64,000 bases of DNA from Malacoraja senta (lineage: Eukaryota), in the NCBI GenBank assembly GCA_038087875.1, contig JAXLNO010000341.1:1-64000 (forward strand), read 5' to 3'. Both the position numbers and the translations under genes were made by a program. Each line of letters starts with the position of its first letter. Position 1 is the stretch's first letter. Below, piece after piece: positions 51,218 to 64,000 of the stretch. The notes below the pieces were generated by a model. That model was not told where the DNA came from and searched no databases. It saw nothing but the letters and a program-made list of their open reading frames with translations.

Positions 51218-54200
51218 GTGAGCGGTGTTTTATAGAAGACTTGCTGCAAGAACAGATGGGTTGGCATCACACACACACACACACACACACACATTGTGGG
51301 ATTTCCAGATAACGCCAGGTTTTTGTTTAAAAAAAAATTGTGGCGGTTATTTTTTTTTTCCTTTTGGATGTTACCAGAAGCACTTCCTCGTCTGGCTTTC
51401 CATCAGTTTTATTCCAACCTTTCTAGGAGCTCTTCCCATCCTTTCCTGTCCAGCTCTGTGGGGGGGGGGGGGCATCTAGCAAACATCATCAGATTGCATT
51501 GCCCTTAACGCTGGATATTAATTTTGTGTTGTAATCTTTTTTTTTTAGGGGGTTGGGGTTGGATTAGGTTGGGGAAGAAAAGGGTTCATTGTGTCAAGAT
51601 TTTTTTTTCAAAAGACCCAGTTTGACAGGGGCGTTCTTACTCCACGATTTTGTTAAGACACATTGTTTGCAATGCTCTTTTGAGCAGACATTTGAAACAT
51701 GTGCAGACAGCCCGCCCCTACCTGCTGGAGCAGACGTTCATGCCACATCCATTTTTTAAAATGCAATGAACAAGGGCGCAACAGAAAACCCCCCAAACCC
51801 ACCCCAAACTGAAGCACAAACGTGACTTTGCATTAAACAACCGAGGCTCGAACGATTAAAACAAAGACCCAATAAAAAATAAATTAAAAAAAGACTCCAT
51901 GAAAAAATACTTTCCACTCCTTGGTTGGAGGTGTTTGTATCCCAAGTGTGTGTGTGAAGGGGGTGGAAGCCTAGTCGCGGATGCTGCTATGTTTGTGTGG
52001 GTTCTTCCTCTGTGCACGATGCCAGCGGTCAATCCATTGATGGTACCCCGTTTTATTTCTCTGCTGCGATTTAGACTCGCCTAGTCCCTGCACTAGCCGA
52101 GGCAGCAGCACCAATTCTCAGATTGTTCGATGAAAAGTGCTTGAAGCCTTGTGTAACCCCTTGTTTTTAATGAATTCAACCATTCCATTATTTAAAAAAA
52201 TCCAGCTTCAGCCTGTGTCCACTGAAGTGGATATTATGCTGTTTTGTGGATATAAATAAGTGTGATTGGCAATATTTGGCTTTTGAGATCAATATGCTCA
52301 CATTGCTGAAAGTTGAGGGCATGCATTTGGTTTCCTTTTTCGATAAGCACACCTTTATATTTGCAAATCCAATATAATAGATATAAAGTTTGCTGCGGTA
52401 GAAGTAAATCCACTTTCCATTTTGCTTTTGTGTAAGTGGTTATTCTGTCAGTGTGAGTTTTAATTTTAAAGGGCTGGGGGTTGGTGAGATGGAGGATGGG
52501 GAATAAGGCAGACAGATGCTCTCATCACACCCAGACACTGGTGGGGGGGTTTTAAATGGTAAAATGGCTATTTTATAATAGCCGTTTTTATCTAAAGCCA
52601 TTTAGTATTCTAGCCCTTTACATTGTGCTATCTTGCTCTTGTAGAAATGAATATATCACAGCTCACTGCAAAAAGTAATTTAACTTGCAAACAAAATCAG
52701 ATCATATTTTATTGTCAGTTTCCAAAGACTGGTATATGTAAGGAAGTGCTGTCAGCAGGGGATTTTTCAAATTGTACAAATATAAGGTGGGATGGTACTT
52801 ATCATTGAGAACTCATGGAAGATGCTGTCAAAAGAGCCAATTGCATTGTCTTCTTCCTCTAATTCAAGGAACCAGATTCCTGTGAGCGAACAAAAACAAT
52901 ATAAATATCAATACCGCAGTAGTTGGTGCTGCTGCCTCACAGGTCGGGCCTAGTATCAGTCTTAACTTTAGGTGCAGTATGCTTGGAGTTTGCACATATT
53001 CACCATGGGTTATGCTGGATGCTTTAAATTCTTCCCACATTGCAATGATGGGTTGGTAAAACAATTGTCCACTGTAAAAGTTGTAAGTGTAAGTAATGAG
53101 GTAAAATATTCAAAGGGGAGTTTATCGACACGTTTCGGTGCGAGACCCGAAATGTCACCCATTCCTTCATTCCAGAGATGCTGCCTGTCCCGCTGAGTTA
53201 TTCCAGCATTTTGTGTCTATCTTTGCTCTACTGCAAGTCAGCTTGGTTTGAATGGCAGCCTTTTGCGTTTTGTTCAAAATCAGATATGGAATCCAAATCA
53301 TAAAATAAGGATTCCATCTTTATTGGAAATTTTGCTGCAGCATTATTAACCAGGCAGTAAACTGCTCTGATATTTACTTTGCAGTCTGATAATAATCTGT
53401 AACTATTATGTTACTGCTATGAGTAGGACTGTTAAGTTATCGATTACCTGTATATGTGATTGTAAAATTTACTAGAAAGATAATGAGACAATTATAATAT
53501 TTGCTTGTATGTGAGAAGTGTCAAGTGTACCCTGGCACTCCAACCTACATTGAAACTTTGATAGCAAATTGAATTGTAGAATCCAAACTTATTGTTCCTG
53601 TAGAGTGCCTCAAACTATAGCTGGAGTAAGCTTTAGTGAGTCTTTGTTTTGGGAAACACCTTGTCTTTGCACATGTAAGAGTGCTTTTGAATTGTCAGCC
53701 AGTCGCCCTTGCTGGGATGTTGTGGAAGTAGACTTTGTCGTTAAACAGAGATTAGCCTCTTCATCCTTAAATATTGTTAAAAATAATAGGTACCTGAGTG
53801 TTCTTGTAAGATTAGCAATCATACTTGGAACTGTGCAAATGTTACATAGTCATTTCATATAAACTCCTAGCTCCCAAATGTTTGAAATTGAAATCATTAG
53901 CCTTGTCTTCACATCTCTCCCTGGCATGCCTCTTGCCATCTTTTGACTTTTTCAGATCTGGCAATGCTCAAGAGTCCTTGCATGTCCCTGACTTCCTTTG
54001 TATTACCTATGTACCGTTAGTTGAAGCCAGACTAACTCTCATTTATCCATGCCCTGATGTCTTTGTGTTTAGGCTTTGAGTCACTATTTGCGTGGTCATA
54101 TTTGCATTTTCCAATGTTTTGCTATGTTAAAATGTGCTTGTGAAGTGTGCTGTCATAATTGAAGGAGACTTTTTTAACTATGGTTTTTGACTTTCCTGAT

Positions 54201-55829
54201 TGGTGTTTAATTCCAGCAAAGAGCACTTCATCCTCTGTGGTTTCCTGTACGTTATGAATAGATTAAATGCTGTATTAATTTCACATTCTAAAGTTGGAGC
54301 TATTCAATGAAGTTTTGTAACAATACGTATAAATGTTGGAGTGATCTTAAAAGGCCAGCTGTGTGATAGGTTCTTTCCAACTTGAAAAATGTATCTGGAA
54401 AGGATTAAAACACCTTTTTAATAACATTTTGAGGGAGAAGATAATCCAGTAAATGTAATAGGTATGCTCTTCTGATATAAATGTGGGACTACCATAGCAT
54501 TAATATTTGAATGCACCACAGTGCATTTGTAGTGAAACATGATTAGAAATGATTTGGAAAAACAAGTAAATGCAGCTGCTTATTAGAGGGGGAAAAATTG
54601 GCATGAAAGCAACGTTTTTGGTCACTCTATCTTGCAGTCTGTTCCTTTTGAGCTCTGTCAGAGCCATGTGCTGTAGGGACTTGGTGTTACCTTGTTTAAC
54701 TGACATCGGCCCGCCAATGCTGATCATCTTATGATGTCTTCTGACAGAAAACTGGCCAACCAAAAGACAGGAAGCTTGCTCTGACGACTTCAAGCTCATC
54801 TACATGTGATTACATCACTGGAGGCTCGTCCGATTTTTGTAGATAAATATCACGGGCTGTATTCAGTAAACTTTCTGCACTTTGGCTCGCCTCAGTTTTG
54901 CTTGGCTATCCATTAACCCTTTCACGACTGAATCAGTTTCAGTTCAGTTTATTGCTAAGGGAAAAGCTTTATGTTGCATGCTAATCAGTCAGCAGAATGA
55001 CAATACATGATTATCATCGAAGATAGACACAAAATGCTGGAGTAAATCGGCGGTACAGGAAGCATTTCTGGATAAAAGGAATGGGTCATTCCATTCCTTC
55101 TCTCCTCTCCAGAGATGCTGCCTGTCCCGCTGAGTTGCCGCAGCTGTTTGTGTCTGTCTTCGGTTTAAACCAACATCTGCAGTTCCTTCCTACACATGAT
55201 TACAATCAATCCATTTTCAGTGTATAGATGCATAAGGGAATAATGAATGGAAATGCAAATAAAGTGAGAAAGGTGCAGGTTAATTTGGGTAATCGCAGAT
55301 ATTTTGTGGTGCAAAGTGGAAGTGGGGGCAGATTTTTACAAGTTTTGCCAGGAGGGAATTTGCCTGCTGGGATCTGTAAAATTAATTCATTGTAAACATG
55401 CAACCATCCCACTTATGTGGAAACAGAGCATTCTCACCTGTTGAGAGTTTCTGCACTGGACCTTGATGTTGAGCACATTGCACTTGAGGTGTGGCCGAAA
55501 CACAAACTGAGTAAGCATGTACTGTGTAACAAAAAAAAAGACACAAAGTGCTAGAGTAACTCAACGTGGCATCTATGTAGAACTCGGATAGACGGCATTT
55601 CTGCCTGAGCCGCTGAGTTTCTCCAGTACTTTCTCTTTTCATTGTAAACCAGCATCTGCAGTTCCTTGTGTCTGCACATTACTTGTCACGTTTAGCTTGG
55701 CCTTGTAATGGCAGTGCAGTTGGTGGATATATATTTGGCTGAGGTAAATGGGAGATGTTTCCCTGCTCTCCTATCTGCCAACTGTTGAAAATTATTTGGG
55801 GCAGGGGGGAATGTTGTCCCCCCTATGTT

Positions 55830-56485
55830 TTTTTGGATGACTGCAATTGTGGGCTGCATCAGTGAAGGGAGGGAAGCTGAATACAGAGGTGTAATCGACG
55901 ACTTTGTTGAATGGTGTGGGCTGAATCACGTGCAGCTCACCACCGATAAGATTAAGGAGTTGGTGGTGGACTTTAGGAGGAGAGGAACATCTCTGTCCCC
56001 TGTCTCCATCAATGGTTGTGGATGTGCAGTTTACCAGGGAGTACAAATACCTGGACAGTAAACTGGACTGGTCCAGGAACGCTGAGGCCCTGCACAAGAA
56101 GGGACAGAGCCGGCTGTACTTTGTGAGAAGGCTCCGCTCCTTCAACGTCTGCAGTGAGATGCTGCAGATGTTCTCCCAATCGGTGGTAGCCATTGCCATC
56201 TTCTTCGCTGACATGTGCTGAGGCAGCAGGGCGAAGGCTGCGGAAGGATCACGAGCTCATCAGGAGGCTGGCTCCATCCTGGGGGCGGAGTTGGATTCAT
56301 GGGAGGTGGTCTTGGAGGGGAGGATGCTCCTCAAACTGCGGAGCATCCTGGACAATACAGCTCACCACCTCCATGACAAGCTGAGGAGCACCTTCAGCAA
56401 CAGACTAGTTCCACCAAGATGATCCTTTTTCCCTGTGGCTATCAAACTGTACATCCCCTCTCCCTTCTGTCGTGGGGTAGACTGA
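55830..56485 (+). mobile_element. Rex1/Babar LINE 3' fragment
   Basis: TAIVGCISEGREAEYRGVIDDFVEWC...KELVVDFRR and KKGQSRLYFVRRLRSFNVC. Confidence 0.88.
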
Positions 56486-57690
56486 TGCCCCTATGTGGGT
56501 GATACCAATAGCGTTCCTGGATATGTTCCACGAATAAGAACAAAGCTTACAGGAAATGTACCAAATGCAAGAATTTTATTGTTGGTACTTTAAAGTTCCA
56601 CTACGATGTCCATTACACTGCATGTATGAAAAAGAGAACGAGAACTGCAGCCATGATCATATTGAATGGTGGTGTAGGCTCAAAGGGCCGAATGGCCTAC
56701 TCCTGCACCTATTTTCTATGTTTCTATGAGATATTGCATGGGGATCAAAGATTCAACTATTTTATTTGGAATTATCTTCTGACTAGAACAACACATTTCC
56801 AGAAGGGGCCTTGACCCGAAACGTCACCCATTCCTTCTCTCCAGAGATGCTGCCTGTCCCGCTGAGTTACTCCAGCACTTTGTGTCTATCTTCAGTTTAC
56901 ACCACCATCTGCAGTTCCTTCCAACACAACACATTCAAGGGTTTGGGGTGGGGGTAAGGCTAGGTTCATGTCTAAGAATTTCTCAATCATTCACGCCAAA
57001 GCATTTGAAGGTAGCGAGTAATCTCAATTAGAATTTCTTACGCTCTGCAGGCAGACAGACAGACTTTCTGGATATTAGCTTCCATACTGGAACAATTGTC
57101 TCAACGTGGAAAGCAGTCGGCACATGCTACAATGCTTGAAGTGATACCAATATTTTATCCCCTGCAGTAGAAGGAAGGGGAGTGGTGAGGGAAAACAGGA
57201 ATATAGGATAATAATTTGACATTAGGTCCTCCAGATATTTGGGAGACAGACACTCCTTCTAGACCTGTTCCTCTGACATGGGACAACATGTCTGATCTGG
57301 GGTGTATTGTGCCATGTGTCAAGTTACCACCAACATTAGAGCCACATCCGACATTAGTTTGACGTAGACTTCATCTTCATTCTTTCCAAACCATTGGTGG
57401 GTTTTTGTCATATCTGTGATGGTACTGTGTGTGTCTCCTTTAGGTTCACTTTTGTATCTCTTCATATTTTTGGCTTCCCTGTTCCATGACAACCTCCACA
57501 TTTTTTTGTACGAGTTCTGCTGCTGCAATGATGGCTTGCCTTGAAGCAGTTTGTACAATCCCTTCTCTTGTTCTGTAATAGTCGAGTAAAAGTATGACTT
57601 TCCATTCTACGACTGAAATTTGCTTGAAACTATATTCCTTGGTTTCACACATTCAAAGAGCATCTTCCAGCCGACTTCATTGTGGTCTTA

Positions 57691-57930
57691 AGGGCTGTCC
57701 CATTTGGCAATTTTTTTTTTTTCGGCGACTGCCGTCATCATTGACTGACGTATCAGGTCACCGAAAAATTCTCGGCATGATGTTGCATGATGACGTATGA
57801 TATGCGGTGTTTTTTCAAGTGTCCCAACATTATTTTGTCGCCACTGGATTTTGAAATGTTCAAAATCTTTTGGCGATACTGATATGATGCCAGCAGTCGC
57901 CGAAAAAAATCGCCAAGTGGGACAGGCCCT
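57691..57930. mobile_element. Harbinger-type MITE
   Basis: AGGGCTGTCCCATTTGGC...GCCAAGTGGGACAGGCCCT with a perfect TTA TSD (57688-57690 and 57931-57933). Confidence 0.85.
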
Positions 57931-60139
57931 TTAAACATTGCGGCAGCTAACTCGTTGCTATTAATTGCAACACCTCAAGAGTGGCTTGCTTAGGAGGATA
58001 TGCCGAGTTATTCCTGAGTCAACTTAAAATGTAAGGTTTATATGACGCCTTCATCTTGGTATAGATACATCTAGCGAGCGTTTCTTCTGTAGAATTGACC
58101 ATGACCAGATACTTTGTGTTCAAGTGATACTCCGAATATGAATCTGACCCTTGCATGGATCCTCGCATCCATTTTGTGGAATTTCTCCCCGCTCCTGGTT
58201 TAAAGGTGAAGATTTGCGAAAGCCAAGCTATTTCATGTCTAGGTATGTCGTGGTGTGCTTGTCATTCACTGAGTTCATTCCCTAATGTCTTTTTGAGGGT
58301 TTGTCGTATGGTAAAATTACTGTAGATCTTTTGTCCGATTTTAGTTTGTCTATTGTGGTTGGCTGAATGCAGGGAATAAACTCTTTCCTGTACGGCCTTT
58401 GTTCCTTTCACAGTCTACTTGACTGGAACCCAGCAGCTCGGATATTTTTTTGTTTCCATGACTACTGTATTAACTGAAGCACATGGTTCAGTTGCCCTTG
58501 GCCCAGGTCCACATACTCTCAATGGGTGGGACCCTACCCACCTTTTTTAATGTGATGTTCAAAGTTTAATGGATTTCATCATCCAATAGCTCTAACACCA
58601 TGTGTCACTTATTCAGTTCAGTTTAGTTTATTGTCACGTGTACCGAGGTATAGTGAAAAGCTTTTTTGTTGCATGCTAACCAGTCAGCAGAAAGACAATA
58701 CATGATTACAATCGATCCATTTACACTGTATAGATGCATGATAAGGGAATAGCGGTTAATGCAAGGTAAAGCCAGCAAAGTCCGATCAAGGGTAGTCCGA
58801 GATCGGTGCGGTTGGTTTTCGGGTGCCGGGAGTCGAAGTACGGACAGATCTGAAAGGAGTTTAAGAAGATCATAGTTAAAGTAAGAAATGTTGCTGTAGG
58901 AATAGAGATTTAAGAGTGTGGAGCGCTTGTCATATGTTATTGTAGATCTGCTTCTGTGGCTAGCACGCAAATAGTCGCCAGTGTTGGGCGCCATTCACAT
59001 GCTTTCATTCTTGTCTGGGACTTGACGATTAATTTTCTCTGCTCCAGTTGTGCTCTTTCCCATCAATGGAAGAACACCCCCAGGACCCGTCAAGGTGGAC
59101 AAGAAATGCTTGACTGTGTGTGTGTGGGGTGGGGTGTGTGTGGTTTGAGAGGTGGTCTGTGTACTACTCTGGGCAAATGGGCACGTGGTGCTCAGTGCCA
59201 TTAGAATGCTCCTTCTCTATTTTGAGCTGGGGGATCTGGAATTCCGACCAATCTTGGGGGAATTTTGCACCTTTCCCAGAGTCTGCTTAAAATAAATTGT
59301 AACGTTCGCTCCATAAATGTATGAGTTATCCTCCAGAATCTTAATTTAACAAGAATTGTAATTGTGCAAAGTGACATTCCTTGCAGTATCCTTTGTACAT
59401 CCGCTGCTATACTGAATCTATGCCTTAAAAATAAAAAGATCAGCTGGTCATGCAACAATTCTTAAAGCTGTATTAACCACCAGGTGGCACCACCTGCAGT
59501 GGCTGCCTCGCCAACAGTCTGTCTTTTCTTTTTTGTTATTTTTAGTATGTGTTATAAAAGTATGTTTTAGTGTTTCTTGATTTGTTTTATGGGGGGGGGG
59601 GGAGGAACTTTCTTACATCGACGGAGATGCGATTTTTTTCCATATCGTATCTCCGTCCGCACTGCAGCCTAACATCGTGGAGCTGCCGTCCTTTCCTGGA
59701 AATTGACCCGGCGCTCCAAGCCGCGGGAGTCTGCGGGACTTTAACATCGTGGAGCTTGCGATCCTTTGTCGGGGATCGAAGCCTGTGGACTTTAACATCG
59801 TGAAGCCCGTGGTCTCAGGTAAGAAGAGGCCGACTCGGGAGCTCTATGCCGTGGAGAGAGTTTCTCGAAGCGGGAGTTTCGATCACCCCGACGGGGGCTT
59901 TGATCGCCTCGACTGTGGGTGGTTTGACTGCCCCGACCGCGGGAGAACAAGAGGAAGAAGATTAAACTTTATTGCCTTCCATCACAGTGAGGACTGTGGG
60001 AACCACTGATGTTTATGTTAACTTTTATGTGGTTGTGTGTCTTGTTGCTTTTCGCTTAGTATGGCTGTATGGCAACTCAAATTTCAACTCAACTTAATTG
60101 GTACATGTGACAATAAACTGACCTTTAAACCTATTTTAC

Positions 60140-60622
60140 TCTTAAAATGTGGATTACAAACATGTCTGATACGTTATATCTTGAAAATATGAGACTTGTC
60201 CTAGCAGAAAAACCAGAGCAATTTTCGAAGACATGGACACCATTCATTGATTCATTACAAGGATAGTATGGTGCAACACAATTTTGGAATTAAATCGAAT
60301 TACGGGTTTGGGTGATGGGTGGGGAGAGATACGAAGCAGGTATATCATCGCTTTTTGTTTTTCTTTCTGTTTTGTCTTTTTATTTTTTTCTTATTTTCTT
60401 TTACTTACTCACTCTTCGGCTACACCAATTTGGTAGTCTAGGGGTTCTATTCTTGCACATTCACTTTCTCTCCCTCTTGCTTTTTCTCTCTTCTTCTTTC
60501 TCATCTTTAGCTAAAAATTAAAATTGAAGCTGTACAATAAATGTATTATGTCATATGCTGCATTTTATACACTGCTTCTAATAAAAATAAAATAAAAAAT
60601 AAAAACAAATAAAAATAAAAAA
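60140..60622 (+). mobile_element. L1/Tx1-type LINE 3' end
   Basis: WITNMSDTLYLENMRL...KPEQFSKTWTPFIDSL, typical of the fish L1 ORF2 end, then a T-rich UTR, AATAAA and an A-rich tail. Confidence 0.65.
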
Positions 60623-62945
60623 TTCTATTTTATTTTGAGACGAAAGGTCCATATCGGAAATCTGTAAATACCTCCATTGTAATAAAAAGAACTTGTACAT
60701 GGATTGGTTTAAAGTATGGCCTGATAATTGTGAGGGAGAGCCCAACATTGTACATTCTGTCATCTCACTGAACTTTGATGTATTTTTCGAAAGCTGATTG
60801 GCAAACGTTACTGACGTTTAGTTTGGGAAGTAACAACAGGAAGAAATTTCCATCTGCTTTTTTTCCTGGAGCATTTTGAAAGACTGTCTAACAATGTGAC
60901 ATTTATTCAAATTAATATTATAAGAACAACAGAAGTTCACACATTGACTTTCTCAATCTGATGTAGCCTGTCTGCTGGCTACAGTGCGTGCACACAATGT
61001 GCTGAGTCTTCCTAGCAGCATCTCCAATGCTCAGAAGGGCAGAAGCAGCAGGCTTGTGGGAACATGACCTGCTCATTCTTTTCAAAGACCTACACCATCC
61101 TGAATTGGAAATGGATTTCCATTCCTTCATTACTGCAGGATTAAAATCTTTGCCCACCCTGTCTATAATAGCTTTGTAGTAGAACCTTCACTATTTGGTT
61201 TGCAGATGTGGACAGAAGCACTTCTCAACACCTTCTGAAGAAGGGTCTTGACCCCAAAACAGCACCCATTCCTTCTCTCCAGAGATGCTGCCTGTCCCGC
61301 TGAGTTACTCCAGATTTTTGTGTCTATCCCATCCTAAAGACAGTTGGAGGTGGGCAATACATGCTGGTCTTGCCTCTTTCCTACTGCCAGAGGGGATCGT
61401 ACATCAGTGCATTAACTATATATATCACAGTCTGATTTCAAGGTTTTTTGTTTTTAATTCCATAATGTAGCCATCTCTGAATGCAACTTCTCTTTTCATT
61501 TCCTTTCAAATTCTAAGGGACAGTTTCATCCATGATCTTTCGGTTCATTCTTGCATCCTATTCCCATCTTCATGGTAGTCGTGTGGAGCCCCTGCAGGTC
61601 ACAACTTGCAGCTGTCTGTCCTGTCTGTCTTTTCACCCTTTTTTGTTATTTTTAGTCTAAAAAGTTTATTTTGGAGGTCTTTTAGTCTTTTTTATGTGGG
61701 GGGGGGGGGGAAGGAGGAGGAAACTTTTTTCCAGTCGCTACCTGGTCGAGGATGCGTCTTTTCTCCAAGCCGCATCTTCGACCCTCCTTGCGGCCGACCA
61801 TCTGGATTGGCGCGGCCTTTCCTGCCGGAGAGCGGCCAGAGCATCAGCGGCGGCGCAGCACTGAGATACCATCGCGGAGCAGGCGATTCCTAACGGAGAT
61901 CGCCGTGTTGGAGCTCCGGAGTGTTGGGCCAGCTGATTACATCGTGGAGCTGTGGTTGCAGAGCTTCCAGCCGTGGGCGCCGTTGACTCTAACATCGCGG
62001 AGCCTGGGATCTTTGCCGAGGGTCGCCAGCGTTGAATCTCCGCCCAGCTCAGCCTGTGGACTGAGGGAGCCGCGGTCTCCGGTAGGAAGTGGCCGATTCG
62101 GAAACTCCAAGCTGCTGAGAGTGTTGTCCGTTCCGATGCCGGAGCTCCATCATACCGGCGAGAGGGCCTGAAACATGTGGAGGCCTTAAAGGCCCCAACC
62201 ACAGGTGAACAACAAAGAGGAAGATGACTGAACATTGTTGCCTTCCCTCACAGTGGGAAACGTTGATTCCGCTGTGTGGGATGTTTATGTTAAATTCTAT
62301 CGTTTGTTGTGTTCTTTTTATTCGTGTGGCTGTAACAGGTCGATGGCCGCGCCGCTGTGTTTAGCTGCTTGTCGTCGCCTCCTGCCGCTCCTGTTTGCCC
62401 TCGCTCTGTTTGTGTCTACCTGCTCTGGTCTGTACAGCACTTTGGTCAACGTGTTTTAAAAAAAAAATGTGCTTAATAAATAAAAATATTATTATTATTC
62501 ATGGCACCTCTTGCGGGATTGCAGAACACTTGGTTCATATTGCAAAGGGTCGCCCTGAATCTCCAGTTGCTTGTCACTTTGATTCTCCTGTTCTCTCTTA
62601 TTCTGACCTCTGGGGCCCTTCCAACAAAGTTCAGTATGTTTTAAAAAATCAAAAATCTGCTGGAGAAACGCAGCAGGTTAAACGGTATCCACGAAGCAAA
62701 GGGGTAGGACTGAAATATTTGGATTCAATGGTACTGATGTAGGGTTGTAACCTGAAATGTTGACCATTCATTTTCCTCCTCAGATGGTGCTTGACCCACT
62801 GAGCTCCATCGGCAATTTGTTTATTGGTCTCGATTCCAGAATCTGCAGTCTCTCGTGTCTCCAAAGCTCAAAGCAGGGCTGAGGTTAAGTGCCTTGCTTG
62901 TGATTTGGCGCATTGTAGCTCTTGAGGATCAACTTTGATTCAACA

Positions 62946-63037
62946 GGTAGACACAAAATGCTGGAGTAACTCAGCGGGACAGGCAGCATCTCTGGAGAGA
63001 AGGAATGGGTGACATTTCGGGTCGAGACCCTTCAGAC
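62946..63037 (-). repeat. Penelope-derived short interspersed repeat (representative of about 20 copies)
   Basis: Consensus GAAGGGTCTCGACCCGAAACGTCACCCATTCCTTCTCTCCAGAGATGCTGCCTGTCCCGCTGAGTTACTCCAGCATTTTGTGTCTA. Other copies at about 11492, 13092, 27745, 30582, 33365, 35783, 40738, 41592, 45170, 45938, 47085, 53145, 55018, 56803 and 61235. Confidence 0.75.
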
Positions 63038-64000
63038 AGTTTCAGATCATCAGCCATTCTAATTTTGTATTTCAAATATTTACTCTGCTTTAATTTTTCT
63101 TTCTGATATTTTAGATTTAATTTGTTGTATTTAATTGTGTATATTCCAGGCCTACATCTTATCGTCATCCTCCTGCCGACATTACCATCTCCACTTGTGT
63201 AACTTAATTTTTCTTGGTCTCTGTCTTGTCGTTTTTTTTCCATTTTAGTTCTCTCTGCCCCTCCCATTTCCTCGATTTTTTTATCTCCAACCATTCTCGG
63301 TTCGAGAAGGTCATTGACCTGAAACATTGCTGCTGTTCTGCACTGCATTAGCCTGATGAGTCATTCCAGCATTCTGTTTTAATTTCTGATTTTTGACAGG
63401 CAGAGTAATTGGCTTTTGAAAATTTTAATTACAGCTTTCATTTATGTACCAATTTGTCAACCGGCTGTCATGCATATTAAGGGGATAAATCACACCATGT
63501 TGTCTAATATTTCAGTAGAGGTATCAAGGTGCCTCAGCTGCAATGAGTATGGTGGTCCGTGATGTTGATCATGGTTTCTTGAAAGTTGCAATTCAATTTA
63601 AAAGCTCACTGTTTCAAAGCCACGTGAACATCTTTAAAAATTATTTTTGCTGCCATTACTCTAGGTTATATTTCCTTCCTCCCCCCCCCCACCCCAAAAG
63701 ATAACAAGCCCCTCTTGTTTCAAGTGATCAGTGACATCTTTGAGTTTGCATCATACAGTTGGGATACTGTTCTGATGTTTAGGTCGGGTATAGCCTGATC
63801 TTTCAGAAGGTGATGCTGAGAGAGAGTTGGATATACAGTGACCTCCATAATATTTGTGATTTTTTTCTGTTACAAATCTCAAATTGTGGAGTACAGAGGC
63901 AAATAAATGATGGGTCTTTGTCCCAAACAATATGGAGGGCGCTGCAGCTCTTAGGGCTAACGGAATCAAGTGATGTGGGGAAAAAGCAGGAACGGGGTAC

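Noticed and set aside
52520..52540. SREBP-like site ATCACACCCAG
   Set aside because: An imperfect short motif, expected by chance without conservation data.
60838..60880. Possible next ELOVL6 exon (AG|GAAGAAA...)
   Set aside because: It reads KKFPSAFFPGAF then stop, not the expected KKSFLFSALYAA, and has no polypyrimidine tract.

Overview
This is vertebrate genomic DNA, most likely from a cartilaginous fish (inferred from HE1/V-SINE-like SINEs and shark/skate-type CR1, Rex-Babar and Penelope repeats). Transposable-element debris dominates. The only recognisable host gene is the first coding exon of ELOVL6 (51135-51217, +), with its promoter repeats and the start of its intron. The stand-out structure is a near full-length 5.1-kb ISL2EU/IS4EU-type DNA transposon (14233-19320) inserted in a CR1 LINE. 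It carries two convergent spliced genes. One is an almost intact SWIM + YqaJ/lambda-exonuclease + ING-like PHD protein (+). The other is a THAP + DDE transposase (-) broken by a nested Harbinger-type MITE. Also present: a 1.1-kb internally deleted Gypsy element with both LTRs, TSD and a 29-nt tRNA-Leu match; two non-autonomous Helitrons; six Harbinger-type MITEs, three with centre-mismatched TWA target duplications; a fossil Harbinger transposase; about 20 Penelope-derived short repeats with a minimal hammerhead-ribozyme-like core; a CR1-plus-flank duplication; microsatellites; and a 200-N gap. All calls come from reading the sequence, with no database searches. LINE and SINE boundaries are approximate.
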